From: a virus
Length of the DNA stretch: 64,000 bases
Virus record (IMG/VR): IMGVR_UViG_3300045988_092366
Direction: 5' to 3' (one strand)
The stretch's first letter is position 1, and the number at the start of each line of letters is the position of its first letter. Positions 54,309-63,758 of this stretch are shown in pieces. Both the position numbers and the translations under genes were made by a program. The notes under the pieces are model-generated. The model ran no database searches and had not been told where the DNA came from. It saw only the letters and a program-made list of their open reading frames with translations.

Positions 54309-56402
54309 TTGGATTTTAAAGTAAGTTTAGACGATGTTATTGATAATAGCTTTGGACAATATGCAGGAGCAGTTATTCAATCACGTGCGCTAGTAGACGT
54401 TCGAGACTGCGTAAAGCCATCTACTAGACAAGTCCTGTACTGTATGTTCACAGACAAATTCACTCATGACAAGCCATTTAAAAAGACGCTGAAAGCAATA
54501 GGAAGTTGCATGAGACTCTATATTCACGGAGACGCATCTTGCGAAGGTATTGTAATGCGCAGTGGACAGCCTTTTTCCATGAGGTATCCATTGGTAGAAG
54601 TTGAAGGTTCATACGGGACTTTAACAGAAACAGGAAACTGGGCCGCACCACGATACACGGCATCACGTCTTTCTCCGCTGTCTGATTATCTTCTTAAAGA
54701 AACTGATAAATATACAGTAGATGAATGGGTAGATAATTATGACGATACTGAGAAGTATCCTAGAATTCTTTCTTCTCTTGGATTTTATAACATCGTCAAT
54801 GGCACAAGCGGAATTGCGTCTGGTCTTGCAAGCTCTGTTCCACAGTTCAATCTCAAAGAAGTAAATGCGGCAATGGTATATATGCTAGAACACAAGGATA
54901 CTACATTTGATGATATTCTATGTTATCCTGATTTTGCAACTGGCGGCACAATTCTCAATAAAGATGAAGTGCGTGAAAGCCTTAAAACTGGCAAAGGTAA
55001 AGGCTGTATTATTCGTGCAAAGCTAGAATATGATAAAAAAGATAATTGCATTATTGTTCGTGAACTTCCTTACAGCGTATATACTAATACAATTTGTAAT
55101 GAAATTGAAAAGATTACAAATGATGAAGAAACCAATCCCGGCATTATTAATCTAAATGACCTTACAGGTGAAGATGTTTGTATTAAGATTTATCTTTCTA
55201 GGTCTGCCAATCCAAAAGAAGTAGCAACTTATCTGTTTGAAAATACTTCTTTGCAGAAAACTTATGGTATTAATATGACTATGCTTGAGAACGGTCGTTA
55301 TCCTAAAGTCTTTGGTTGGCAAGAAGCATTGACAGCACACTTAAAACATGAAAAGCAAGTATATATCAATATGTATAATCATCAACTTGATGTTCTTAAT
55401 TACAAGTTGAAAATTACAAACGGTATCATTGCGGCAATTAATAAGATTGATGAAACAGTTGAGACAATTAAAAATTCTTCTTCAACCAAAGAAGCTAATG
55501 AAAAACTACAATCTTTTCTAAGCATTGATGAAAACCAAGCCAAAGCGATTCTAGAAATTAAACTTATTCGTCTTGCAAAATTAGAAGTAAACAAGCTACT
55601 TAAAGATAAAGAAAATCTTGAGTCTGAGATTGAACGAATTAGTTCTATTTTAAATTCAAATAAACTTCTAAAGCAAGAAATGATTAAACGTTTTAATGAA
55701 GTATCTGAAAAGTTTGGAGACGAGCGTCGCACTAAAGTAGTCCAAAAAGAAATTACAAAAACAAAAAAGGCAAGGTCTTCTGCGCCAAAAGAGAATAGGA
55801 ATTTTGTTATTGCATTTAATCCTCTTGGTTATCTGCAAAAAGTCTCACCTTCTAAGTACAAGAGTGATGGTAGCCTTGCATTCACTGTATCTGAGGATAG
55901 AAAAGTAGCTCTATTCTCGAACAAGGGGCGATTCTTTAGGATTGCTCTTTCAGATATTAAAGAATGCGGTTCAAAGGATAAGGGCACAGCTATCGGTGCA
56001 ATCATCAATCTTGATAATGACGAAAAGATTATCACAATTCATAATGATGTATTCGTAGATAAGCCTTATATGTTCTTTGTTACAGAAGACGGTAAGGTTA
56101 AGAAGTGTGAAGGTAAACAATTCGCTGGTGGCACTCGTAACGTTAAAGGTTCTGTAGCATTTAAGACCGACAGCAAAATTGTCAGCATCCAAGAGACAAA
56201 TGGATGTGTTGTAACATTAACATCAACCAAGAGACAAATTAGTTTCATGGCTGATAGTGTGCGGGCAAGCAGTATTCGTTCTGGCGGCATGTGCGGTATT
56301 AAGTTAGACGATGATGATAGAATTGTATCTATGACAATTACTGAACCGCAGAACTTTACAGGTAAAATTGCAAATAAGGGTGGACGAGGGGTTATTCTTT
56401 AG
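54309..56402 (+). CDS. Topoisomerase II DNA breakage-reunion subunit (GyrA/ParC-like, T4 gp52-type); TTG start
   Basis: QSRALVDVRDCVKPSTRQVLYCM and the active-site Tyr context NWAAPRYTASRLS. RBS GAGGTGA before the TTG, which directly follows the gyrB-like stop. Confidence 0.8.
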   Translation: MDFKVSLDDVIDNSFGQYAGAVIQSRALVDVRDCVKPSTRQVLYCMFTDKFTHDKPFKKTLKAIGSCMRLYIHGDASCEGIVMRSGQPFSMRYPLVEVEGSYGTLTETGNWAAPRYTASRLSPLSDYLLKETDKYTVDEWVDNYDDTEKYPRILSSLGFYNIVNGTSGIASGLASSVPQFNLKEVNAAMVYMLEHKDTTFDDILCYPDFATGGTILNKDEVRESLKTGKGKGCIIRAKLEYDKKDNCIIVRELPYSVYTNTICNEIEKITNDEETNPGIINLNDLTGEDVCIKIYLSRSANPKEVATYLFENTSLQKTYGINMTMLENGRYPKVFGWQEALTAHLKHEKQVYINMYNHQLDVLNYKLKITNGIIAAINKIDETVETIKNSSSTKEANEKLQSFLSIDENQAKAILEIKLIRLAKLEVNKLLKDKENLESEIERISSILNSNKLLKQEMIKRFNEVSEKFGDERRTKVVQKEITKTKKARSSAPKENRNFVIAFNPLGYLQKVSPSKYKSDGSLAFTVSEDRKVALFSNKGRFFRIALSDIKECGSKDKGTAIGAIINLDNDEKIITIHNDVFVDKPYMFFVTEDGKVKKCEGKQFAGGTRNVKGSVAFKTDSKIVSIQETNGCVVTLTSTKRQISFMADSVRASSIRSGGMCGIKLDDDDRIVSMTITEPQNFTGKIANKGGRGVIL

Positions 56403-56430
56403 TCTGCCCTTTTCTTTCTATTGGAGGAAT

Positions 56431-57465
56431 ATGTCTCTAAATATTTATTCGCCAATGTTGGTTGGCAAAGCTCCCAAAAATTACGAAGATATGCTTAAAA
56501 ATACACCAATCATCGGTACTATTAAGAAAGATGGATATTGGTCACAACTAGTTAAAGACGAGAATGAGGTTCATCTTTATAGTCGCACAGTCTCTAAAAA
56601 GACTGGCTATTATAGTGATAATATTGATAAAGTGCCGCATATTAAAGATTGGGCTATGAATGAGCTTCCTAATGGCACATGTATCATCGGTGAAGTTTAT
56701 TATCCTAATGGTACCTCTAAGAATGTAACATCAGTTTTAGGTGCTTTACCAGAGAAAGCAATTGAACGTCAGAAAGGCGAGTACGGCAAAATTCATTTTT
56801 ATATGCACGATATTCTTGCATATAACGGCGAAGATTATGTTATGAATAATATGACATATGATTATCGTTACAGTAATCTTTGTGAGCATATTGATATTGC
56901 TACTCCTTTAATTCCAGAACTTGAAGTAGCACGATGCTACGATAACGCTTATTTAGACCTAAATAAAGTCACAATTGATAAACTCGCCGCAGGCGAAGAG
57001 GGTATGGTATTTCGTGTCGAGAATGGTCTATATGCACCAGGCAAGCGACAGCCAAAAGTCATGTTCAAAATCAAGCAGGCTCAGAATGATATTGATTTTG
57101 TAATTACAGAAGTTCTGCCGCCAGAATATCTTTATACTGGTAAGGAATCTGAGACTTGGGGCTATAAAGATAAAGAAGGTAATCTAATTACAAAGGCCGC
57201 ATATTATGGTTGGGCTGGGGCTTTACGACTTGGCGCATATGATAATGCTGGAAACCTTGTGTCTGTTGGTCGTGTGTCTTCTGGTCTTACAGATAATCTT
57301 AAAGCTGACCTCGCAGCCAATCCTGATAAATATATTGGAACGGTTGTAGAGGTAAACTGCATGAGTCTAGATAAAGGAAATAAAACCATGAGACATTGTT
57401 ACCTATCTAGGCTTCGCGCGGACAAACCAGCACAGGACTGTAAGCTAGAAGAAATTTTTAGCTAA
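56431..57465 (+). CDS. ATP-dependent DNA ligase (T7-like)
   Basis: Start trimmed to MSLNIYSPML (RBS GGAGGA). Motif I IKKDGYW (KxDG); motif IV EGMVFRV; motif V KVMFKIK. Confidence 0.7.
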   Translation: MSLNIYSPMLVGKAPKNYEDMLKNTPIIGTIKKDGYWSQLVKDENEVHLYSRTVSKKTGYYSDNIDKVPHIKDWAMNELPNGTCIIGEVYYPNGTSKNVTSVLGALPEKAIERQKGEYGKIHFYMHDILAYNGEDYVMNNMTYDYRYSNLCEHIDIATPLIPELEVARCYDNAYLDLNKVTIDKLAAGEEGMVFRVENGLYAPGKRQPKVMFKIKQAQNDIDFVITEVLPPEYLYTGKESETWGYKDKEGNLITKAAYYGWAGALRLGAYDNAGNLVSVGRVSSGLTDNLKADLAANPDKYIGTVVEVNCMSLDKGNKTMRHCYLSRLRADKPAQDCKLEEIFS

Positions 57466-57468
57466 GGC

Positions 57469-57497
57469 TTGACTTCTAGAATATTTTATGTTATCAT
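57469..57497 (+). promoter_or_regulatory. Promoter TTGACT-17-TATCAT
   Basis: gcTTGACTtctagaatattttatgtTATCATgt. Confidence 0.5.
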
Positions 57498-57533
57498 GTA
57501 TATGAAATAAAAATGAAAAAGTAAAGGAGTTAT

Positions 57534-57806
57534 ATGATTACTATTACCAAGCCAGTATTTTCAGACAATGCTAAAAAGGTTCTAAAGCACCTACAGGAGA
57601 ATCAGGGCAAGGATGAAACTTTTAAGGACATTGCAAAGGCTGTTCATCTAACTGATAAGGCTACTAATTGCATTATCACCTCATCGCTTGTTCGCAAAGG
57701 CTATGCGGTTCGTGAGCTACAGCCTGATGGTGGCACTAACTTTATTCGCCTTACCGATGAAGGTATGAAAGTTGACCCTGAAATCACCGTAACATACACC
57801 AAGTAA
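57534..57806 (+). CDS. Small winged-HTH-like DNA-binding protein (90 aa)
   Basis: ORF with AAAGGAG RBS. Confidence 0.4.
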   Translation: MITITKPVFSDNAKKVLKHLQENQGKDETFKDIAKAVHLTDKATNCIITSSLVRKGYAVRELQPDGGTNFIRLTDEGMKVDPEITVTYTK

Positions 57807-57807
57807 T

Positions 57808-58692
57808 ATGGTTCTCGAATTTATTATAGCTGTTGTCTGTGCTATTACATTTATCGTATGCGGCTATAGTGTAGGCGTTATAGCTGGCAGAAAAGAAACA
57901 TGTGATATAGTCGAAGAGAACAACAAAGAAGTTCTTATTGCGCGAGAGCATATTGAATATCAAATTCAAAATGAAAAGGCACATTTAAAATCTCTCCAAG
58001 AGAATGTGGAACAGCAGAAGCAGAGTTTTGAAGACTTTAAAAAAGTTGAAAAAGAGAATATCATGAATAACCTTCGTGATTTTCAAGCTCAAGTTGACGA
58101 AGACAAAGCTGAATATATTGAGCAGATTCAAATTCTTCAAAGCTCACTTGACAAGCTACAGCGCCAAAAGGCTGCGACAATTGAAGCGTTTCAACGTGAA
58201 CAGGCGGTTCAAGATTCTAAAGATGATTATCGTATCATTATCGAAGATAGTGACAAAGCAGATATTGATATTCTAAATTCGTTTAAGAACCGCCTTTCTA
58301 ATCCAGAAATTCTTTCAAAGCTAATATGGTCAACGTACTTCCAGAAGAAAGCAAAGGCTTTATTCGTTAATATTGTTGGTACTGAAAAGACTTGCGGTAT
58401 TTATAAGATTACAGATATAAATGATACAAAGTGCTATATAGGTCAATCTGTAGATATTGCAAATCGTTTTACGCAGCATTGCCGTTGCGGATGCGGTATA
58501 AAAACTCCTAAAGATAATAAACTATATGCAGCGATGCTTAAAGAAGGTTTAGACCAATTCACATTTGAAATTGTAGAACTTTGTCCGCAAGAAGAATTAA
58601 ATGAAAAAGAAAAATATTATATTGATGTATATAATTCAGTTAATTATGGTTTTAATTCACAGGATGGTGTAAATGGGAAAAGTAACGATTAA
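57808..58692 (+). CDS. Membrane-anchored coiled-coil protein with C-terminal GIY-YIG nuclease domain
   Basis: N-terminal TM segment FIIAVVCAITFIVCGYSVGVIAG; about 160 aa of coiled-coil; then CGIYKITDINDTKCYIGQSVDIANRFTQH (GIY...YIG...R...H). Confidence 0.55.
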   Translation: MVLEFIIAVVCAITFIVCGYSVGVIAGRKETCDIVEENNKEVLIAREHIEYQIQNEKAHLKSLQENVEQQKQSFEDFKKVEKENIMNNLRDFQAQVDEDKAEYIEQIQILQSSLDKLQRQKAATIEAFQREQAVQDSKDDYRIIIEDSDKADIDILNSFKNRLSNPEILSKLIWSTYFQKKAKALFVNIVGTEKTCGIYKITDINDTKCYIGQSVDIANRFTQHCRCGCGIKTPKDNKLYAAMLKEGLDQFTFEIVELCPQEELNEKEKYYIDVYNSVNYGFNSQDGVNGKSND

Positions 58693-59353
58693 CAGTAATA
58701 CTGTTAAGAATCCTATTACGTTAATTGGCGAAATGGCTGGCCCTTGCTATGGCACAGATACCAGTAACGTAGAGAAGAATTATAAGCGCGGTCTTTCTTG
58801 TATTAAAGACGGGCATTTCCGCACACTTGAGTTTGGAGAAGTGTGGTTTGTTCTAGAGGGGTATTCAGCGAAGGTAATTCGAGAATTCTATACTCATAAT
58901 GGTGGAGCGCCTACACGTCTACAGGCAAGTACGCGTTATATTAAGTATCAAGATTTTGATTATGTAGTTCCTCCAAAAATCGCGGCAAATGAAGATGCGA
59001 AGCAAATGTACGATTCTTGTATGAAAGCTATTGCTGAAGCTACTACTTATATGCAAAAGGAATGTGGAATTCCGCAGGAAGATGCAAATATGGTTCTTCC
59101 TCTTGGAATGGCAACTACTGTCAGTTGTCGCTTCAATAGCCGCACACTTATGACTATGGCTGAACAACGTCTATGTACTCGTGCCTATTGGGAATTTAGG
59201 CAGCTAATGAAAGATATAATTGAAGCATTATCTAAGTATTCTGATGAATGGAAAACTATTTGTGATTTATTCTTTAAGTGTAAATGTGATAAAGCTGGTT
59301 ATTGTCTAGAGCATAAGTCATGTGGAAAATACCCCAAAAAAGTTATTGACTAA
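58673..59353 (+). CDS. ThyX-like protein with non-canonical RHR motif (THN)
   Basis: ThyX family blocks GEMAGPCYG, GHFRTLEF...FVLEGYSAKV...EFYTHNGGAPTRLQASTRY, versus canonical RHR...SQRY. Confidence 0.5.
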   Translation: MGKVTINSNTVKNPITLIGEMAGPCYGTDTSNVEKNYKRGLSCIKDGHFRTLEFGEVWFVLEGYSAKVIREFYTHNGGAPTRLQASTRYIKYQDFDYVVPPKIAANEDAKQMYDSCMKAIAEATTYMQKECGIPQEDANMVLPLGMATTVSCRFNSRTLMTMAEQRLCTRAYWEFRQLMKDIIEALSKYSDEWKTICDLFFKCKCDKAGYCLEHKSCGKYPKKVID

Positions 59354-59374
59354 GAATTAAAAATATGTTATAAT
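59346..59374 (+). promoter_or_regulatory. Promoter TTGACT-17-tgtTATAAT
   Basis: aTTGACTaagaattaaaaatatgtTATAATatg. Confidence 0.6.
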
Positions 59375-59415
59375 ATGTGATATAAGATTGAAAGAAAAAT
59401 TAGAAAGGAAAATGA

Positions 59416-60369
59416 ATGTTCCAGAAGACAAACAATTCATGCCATATCGAGGGATACGTATTTTCAACTGACCGCCTTGCACAGCGTGTCTCTAAAAAGA
59501 CAGGCACTCCATTTATTAACGGTACAGTGAACATTGCGACTGATGATAAGGGCCTTAACGTTGTTCCTGTATTTTTCCGTTATGTTACTGAGACTTTTAA
59601 GAGCGGCAAGCCTAATCCAGCATGGGAGATTCTAACTGCTCTTATCGACCATGAGGGTTCAGATACTTTTGAAGCTGTAGGTACTTCCGCTCTCAAGGTT
59701 CGTATTGACGGCTCTGTCGGCACAAATGATTTTGTATCTCGTGATGGTGAAGTTGTTTCTCCTAAGCGTGTCGAAGGTCAGTTTATGCACGTCATGACTA
59801 ATGAGATTTCTGAGAATCCCGCAACCTTTGATGTCGATATGCTGATTGCAAATGCGGCTGAGCAGGAAGTTGAAGAGGGCGATGATTTCGTCAAGCTACG
59901 CGGTTATGTCTTTGATTATCGTGGTGACGTTCTCCCCGTTGATGTTAATGTTCGTTCCAAGGGCGGTATGGACTACTTCATTGACCAAGATATTTCCAAT
60001 AAGAATCCTCTTCTAACTCATATTAAGGGTTCCATTGTATCTCAGGCTATTACGACTGAGAAGACTGAGGAATCTGCATTTGGCGACCCAGTAGTTCACA
60101 AGGTTGTTCGTCATGTTCGTTCTTGGGATGTTACTTGGGCTGCGGTCGAACCTTATGAGTGGGATGATGAATCTACTATCACTAAGAAGGAGTTCAAGCA
60201 GAAGCTAAACGAGCGTGAAGAGCGTATGGCAGAAGTTAAGCGTAATCATGACGAGTATCAGGCTAGTCGTAACGGTGGTCAGAACTTTGCGGCAGCAAAG
60301 GTAGTCGCAAAGGTTGAAGCCCCAGCGGATGAAAACGAAGATGATGATGACGATGATTGGCCCTTCTAG
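59416..60369 (+). CDS. ssb: Single-stranded DNA-binding protein (acidic C-terminal tail ...ENEDDDDDDWPF)
   Basis: 317 aa; tail resembles SSB/T7 gp2.5 acidic aromatic-terminated tails; strong terminator downstream. Confidence 0.5.
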   Translation: MFQKTNNSCHIEGYVFSTDRLAQRVSKKTGTPFINGTVNIATDDKGLNVVPVFFRYVTETFKSGKPNPAWEILTALIDHEGSDTFEAVGTSALKVRIDGSVGTNDFVSRDGEVVSPKRVEGQFMHVMTNEISENPATFDVDMLIANAAEQEVEEGDDFVKLRGYVFDYRGDVLPVDVNVRSKGGMDYFIDQDISNKNPLLTHIKGSIVSQAITTEKTEESAFGDPVVHKVVRHVRSWDVTWAAVEPYEWDDESTITKKEFKQKLNEREERMAEVKRNHDEYQASRNGGQNFAAAKVVAKVEAPADENEDDDDDDWPF

Positions 60370-60392
60370 TCAAGTATCAGACAATTAAATAG

Positions 60393-60424
60393 ATAGGGGA
60401 GAGATTAAGTCCTCTCCCCTATAA
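60393..60424 (+). terminator. Hairpin gataggggagagattaagtcctctcccctataag
   Basis: 11-bp stem. Confidence 0.7.
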
Positions 60425-60464
60425 GATAGAAAAGGATTTAAAATGGAATTTAATTTTACGCCAT

Positions 60465-60806
60465 GTGCGGTCCTGCTGCCAAGTGCTCGGAGTGCGCCGC
60501 AAGATAGCGAATAAGTTGCGTAAAGCCGGTGAATGGATGACTGAGAAATACATCGGAAAAGCCAGGCACTACAAGCACAACAACGACTTGTTCTGGAAAT
60601 ATAGAGACATCGTACTTGACGATAATGGCAATCCTGTTACGGACGATAACGGCAGACTTGTATGGCTACTGCTCAGATGGAAGGGTTGCGACAACGCTGC
60701 ATGGTGGACGAAAGGGTACAAGGATTGCAAGCTGTGCCGCGATGAAGGCAAGACGTACTGCATCGACTTTACCGACTGCAACGTCTACGAGGTCGTAAGC
60801 GAATGA
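60465..60806 (+). CDS. Hypothetical protein in the second GC-rich island (start ambiguous; alternative ATG at MTEKYIGK)
   Basis: ORF; local GC near 50%. Confidence 0.4.
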   Translation: MRSCCQVLGVRRKIANKLRKAGEWMTEKYIGKARHYKHNNDLFWKYRDIVLDDNGNPVTDDNGRLVWLLLRWKGCDNAAWWTKGYKDCKLCRDEGKTYCIDFTDCNVYEVVSE

Positions 60807-60831
60807 GCTGTGGAGCGAAGGCGGTAAGCAA

Positions 60832-61149
60832 ATGCTAACAGCGGATGAAGTCAAGTTCCTAAAGGAGCTTCAAGACAAATTGAATACGCAAGAGACGTTT
60901 TGTCAAGCGGACCCACGTTTCTGGGTAGTTGAGCAGGATCGCTGGTACACATGCCCAAAGGGCTACGAAGACCGCGTTGTTGTCGTAGACAACGAAGGGT
61001 GTGACACAATGACTCTTGGGCAGGGCGTGAAAGCAGCATTTTCTAGCATCCAAGCGAAGTTTAGCAGCGAGGACGCAACTGAGTGGCTAAGCAATTGGGG
61101 ACATAGCACTTGCCGCCGAGACAATGTTATTTATCTAAATCGTATTTAA
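60832..61149 (+). CDS. Hypothetical protein (105 aa), GC-rich island
   Basis: ORF. Confidence 0.45.
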   Translation: MLTADEVKFLKELQDKLNTQETFCQADPRFWVVEQDRWYTCPKGYEDRVVVVDNEGCDTMTLGQGVKAAFSSIQAKFSSEDATEWLSNWGHSTCRRDNVIYLNRI

Positions 61150-61197
61150 TAGTAGATAGCAAAAGATTAAACCAAGAGAGAAAAGAGAAAGCAATAT

Positions 61198-62214
61198 ATG
61201 TCAATTGATATTTTTAATATTGAACCTCACAAAGTTAGTCGTTCGCTAGAGGGCTATACAATCATGTTTTACGGTGAGCCTAAGACTGGAAAAACATCAA
61301 CAGCAGCCAAATTTCCAAAAGCCTTACTATTAGGTTTTGAGGTTGGCTATCTAGCAATTGGCGGCGTAAAACCGCAACCTATTAACAAATGGTCTGAATT
61401 TAAACAGGTTCTAAAGCAGCTAAAAGACCCGAAAGCTCATGAGCTATACAGCAATATTATTATTGATACTGCTGACATTGCTTATGACCTTTGTGAAAAG
61501 TACATCTGCAATCAGGCTGGAGTCTCGGCTGTGAATGAGCTACCTTATGGTCAGGGGTGGTCTAAAACTAGTAAAGAGTTCGATGAATGTCTTCGTTCCA
61601 TTCCTCAGATGGGCTATGGTCTAGTAATGATTTCACATAGTCAAGACAAGACTTTTACTGATGAAAATGGTAGTGAATATAACCAGATTGTTCCTACTCT
61701 TGGCAATCGTCCGCGTCTAATCGTTGACCGAATGAGTGACGTTATCGGTTACGCCCATCCAGTAGAAGAGGAAGATGGCCGCACTCATACTGTTCTGTAT
61801 ATGCGCGGAACCCCTCGATTCGTAGCTGGTTCTCGATTTAAGTATACGCCTGATTCTATTGACTTCACCTATGACAATCTTGTCAAGGCTATTGGTGATG
61901 CAATTGATAAGCAGGCAGAGGAAGATGCTGGAAAATTCGTGACTGATGCACGCACTACTGCTTATGACATTAATGATGGACCTGACTTTGAAGCTATGAA
62001 GAATGAGTTCAAAGAACTAACTGTCAAGATTCAACACAGTGTTTCTAAGGATGAATTCAAGAAGTCTTGGGCGCCTAAGATTATCGAAATTACAGATAAG
62101 TATCTCGGTGTCGGCAAGAAGGTCAATGACTGTACTGCTAAGCAAGCTGAACAGCTTTCACTTATCCTTGATGACCTTAAAGACTTACTGTCTAATGGAA
62201 TTGATGTAGCTTAA
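61198..62214 (+). CDS. RecA-fold P-loop ATPase (Sak4/AAA_24-like recombination protein)
   Basis: Walker A YGEPKTGKTS; Walker B-like IIIDTAD; 338 aa. Confidence 0.55.
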   Translation: MSIDIFNIEPHKVSRSLEGYTIMFYGEPKTGKTSTAAKFPKALLLGFEVGYLAIGGVKPQPINKWSEFKQVLKQLKDPKAHELYSNIIIDTADIAYDLCEKYICNQAGVSAVNELPYGQGWSKTSKEFDECLRSIPQMGYGLVMISHSQDKTFTDENGSEYNQIVPTLGNRPRLIVDRMSDVIGYAHPVEEEDGRTHTVLYMRGTPRFVAGSRFKYTPDSIDFTYDNLVKAIGDAIDKQAEEDAGKFVTDARTTAYDINDGPDFEAMKNEFKELTVKIQHSVSKDEFKKSWAPKIIEITDKYLGVGKKVNDCTAKQAEQLSLILDDLKDLLSNGIDVA

Positions 62215-62220
62215 TTCTAA

Positions 62221-62248
62221 AGACCGTCCATAATTGGGCGGTCTTTTT
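62221..62248 (+). terminator. Rho-independent terminator gaccgtccataattgggcggtctttttt
   Basis: Hairpin plus T6, followed by TTGACA-17-TATAAT. Confidence 0.75.
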
Positions 62249-62303
62249 TATTGACAAAATCTCCTGAATATGTTATAATTATATTATAAAGTTAGGAGAA
62301 AAT

Positions 62304-62822
62304 ATGGCAAAACAAAGACTTGTTAAATGTCCATATTGCGGCCAAATGATTGACCGTGATTGTGAGTTTGATTGGAACAAGATTGGCAACCGATATTGGC
62401 ATGATGAATGTTATACCAAAAGCCAAGAGGAAAAAGAAAAGAATAAAGATAAGCTGAAAAAGCAACGAGAAGCAGTTATGAAAATGGCTGGAAAATATCT
62501 TGGGGTATATATAGATTATCAAAAGGTAGCCTTAAATATGGGGCAACTTATTCAAGCTGGCGTTACATATGAGCAAATGGCTAAGTCTTTAAAATATTGG
62601 TATGAGGTAAAACATAACGACCCGAGTAGGTCGAATGGCGGTATATGGATTGTCAAATCAATTTATATCGAAGCGGAAAACTATTTCAAGCGATTGGAAG
62701 AGATTAGAACTGTACAGAGTGAAGAGCAAGTGAATACAGATATTACAGATGAACATCGTGTATTTGTGCGACCAAGAGACGTAAATATCTATAGAAAAAA
62801 GCCACGTTTCAATTTGGAATAG
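62304..62822 (+). CDS. Zn-ribbon protein (CPYCGQ...HDECY), 172 aa
   Basis: ORF with AGGAGAAAAT RBS. Confidence 0.5.
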   Translation: MAKQRLVKCPYCGQMIDRDCEFDWNKIGNRYWHDECYTKSQEEKEKNKDKLKKQREAVMKMAGKYLGVYIDYQKVALNMGQLIQAGVTYEQMAKSLKYWYEVKHNDPSRSNGGIWIVKSIYIEAENYFKRLEEIRTVQSEEQVNTDITDEHRVFVRPRDVNIYRKKPRFNLE

Positions 62823-62834
62823 AAGGGAGGATAT

Positions 62835-63542
62835 TTGATTAGTAAATACTATGATTCTGTCGCGGCATTACAGGTAATTGGATGTTGTATGCGGAAACCC
62901 GAATACTTAGCAGCAGATGGACAATACTTCTTTTCAGAACACGACTTTTGCAATGATTTACATAAGGTAGTATTTGGTGCGTTATATAGTCTATATAACG
63001 CAGGTGTAACCGACCATCTTGCGCGAGAAATTGAAAATTATCTTAAAGATAAGCCAAAAGCATATGCAGTTTATAAAGCCAATAAAGGTCGAGAGTGGAT
63101 GTTTGAAACTCATGCAAATGCCCACTTAGATGCTTTTGAGTATTATTATAATCGTCTAAAGAAAATGTCTCTACTTCGCGCATATGATGGTGTTGGCGTA
63201 GATGTATCTGATATTTATGACCCTGATAATATCTTAGATTCTGCAAAGAAGCAAGCGCAAGACGAGTACCTTGACGGCACGACATTGGAGCAATTAGCAG
63301 ATGATGTAGAAGGTAAATTTTATTTTATCAGGGATTTATATGTAGACAATAACGATAATGACTCTGTTGCTATTGGTGATAATGTCCAAAAGATTGTAGA
63401 TGAATTAGCACAGCATCCTGCTCGTGGTTGGGCAATGTATGATTTATATGAAGATGCAATCGCTATGGGCGCACGACCTGGCCGCTTTTATCTAAGAAGT
63501 GCAGCAACAGGTGTCGGTAGAATGATTTGCCGACAATAAACT
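62835..63542 (+). CDS. DnaB-like replicative helicase, N-terminal part, ending in a stop inside the Walker A region (TTG start)
   Basis: DnaB N-domain-like ALQVIGCCMRKPEYL...DFCNDLHKVVFGAL, then ...AIAMGARPG RFYLRSAATGVG RMICRQ*. RBS AAGGGAGGA. Confidence 0.55.
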
Positions 63543-63758
63543 GGGGAGAAAATCTGGAACCCTAAACCAAAAGGCAAGGGAATCAGAGGTGAAGGTTAAT
63601 TTTAAATTAATCAGCCGCAACGCATAGCAGGTGAAAAGATATAATCCTGCCACGAGGCCCCAGCTTTCTTTACAAGAAAGAAAAGATATGCTGAACTTGC
63701 GGGAAACTGTAAGAGCTGTAGGATAAAAAGCCTACAGGGTAACAAATTGAAATCAAGA
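63543..63758 (+). other. ORF-less, hairpin-rich intervening sequence splitting the helicase P-loop; candidate small self-splicing intron (boundaries approximate)
   Basis: Hairpins GCAGG-tgaaaagatataat-CCTGC, CTTTCTTT-acaag-AAAGAAAG and CTGTAGG-ataaaaagc-CCTACAG. The stretch aaaagatataatcc resembles the group I S element AAGATATAGTCC. No start codon in the downstream frame. Confidence 0.4.

Noticed and set aside
63543-63758. An intein as the cause of the helicase interruption
   Set aside because: The insert is only about 220 bp, contains stop codons in all frames relative to the exons, and has no Hint or homing-endonuclease coding capacity. An intron, or a frameshift error, is more consistent.
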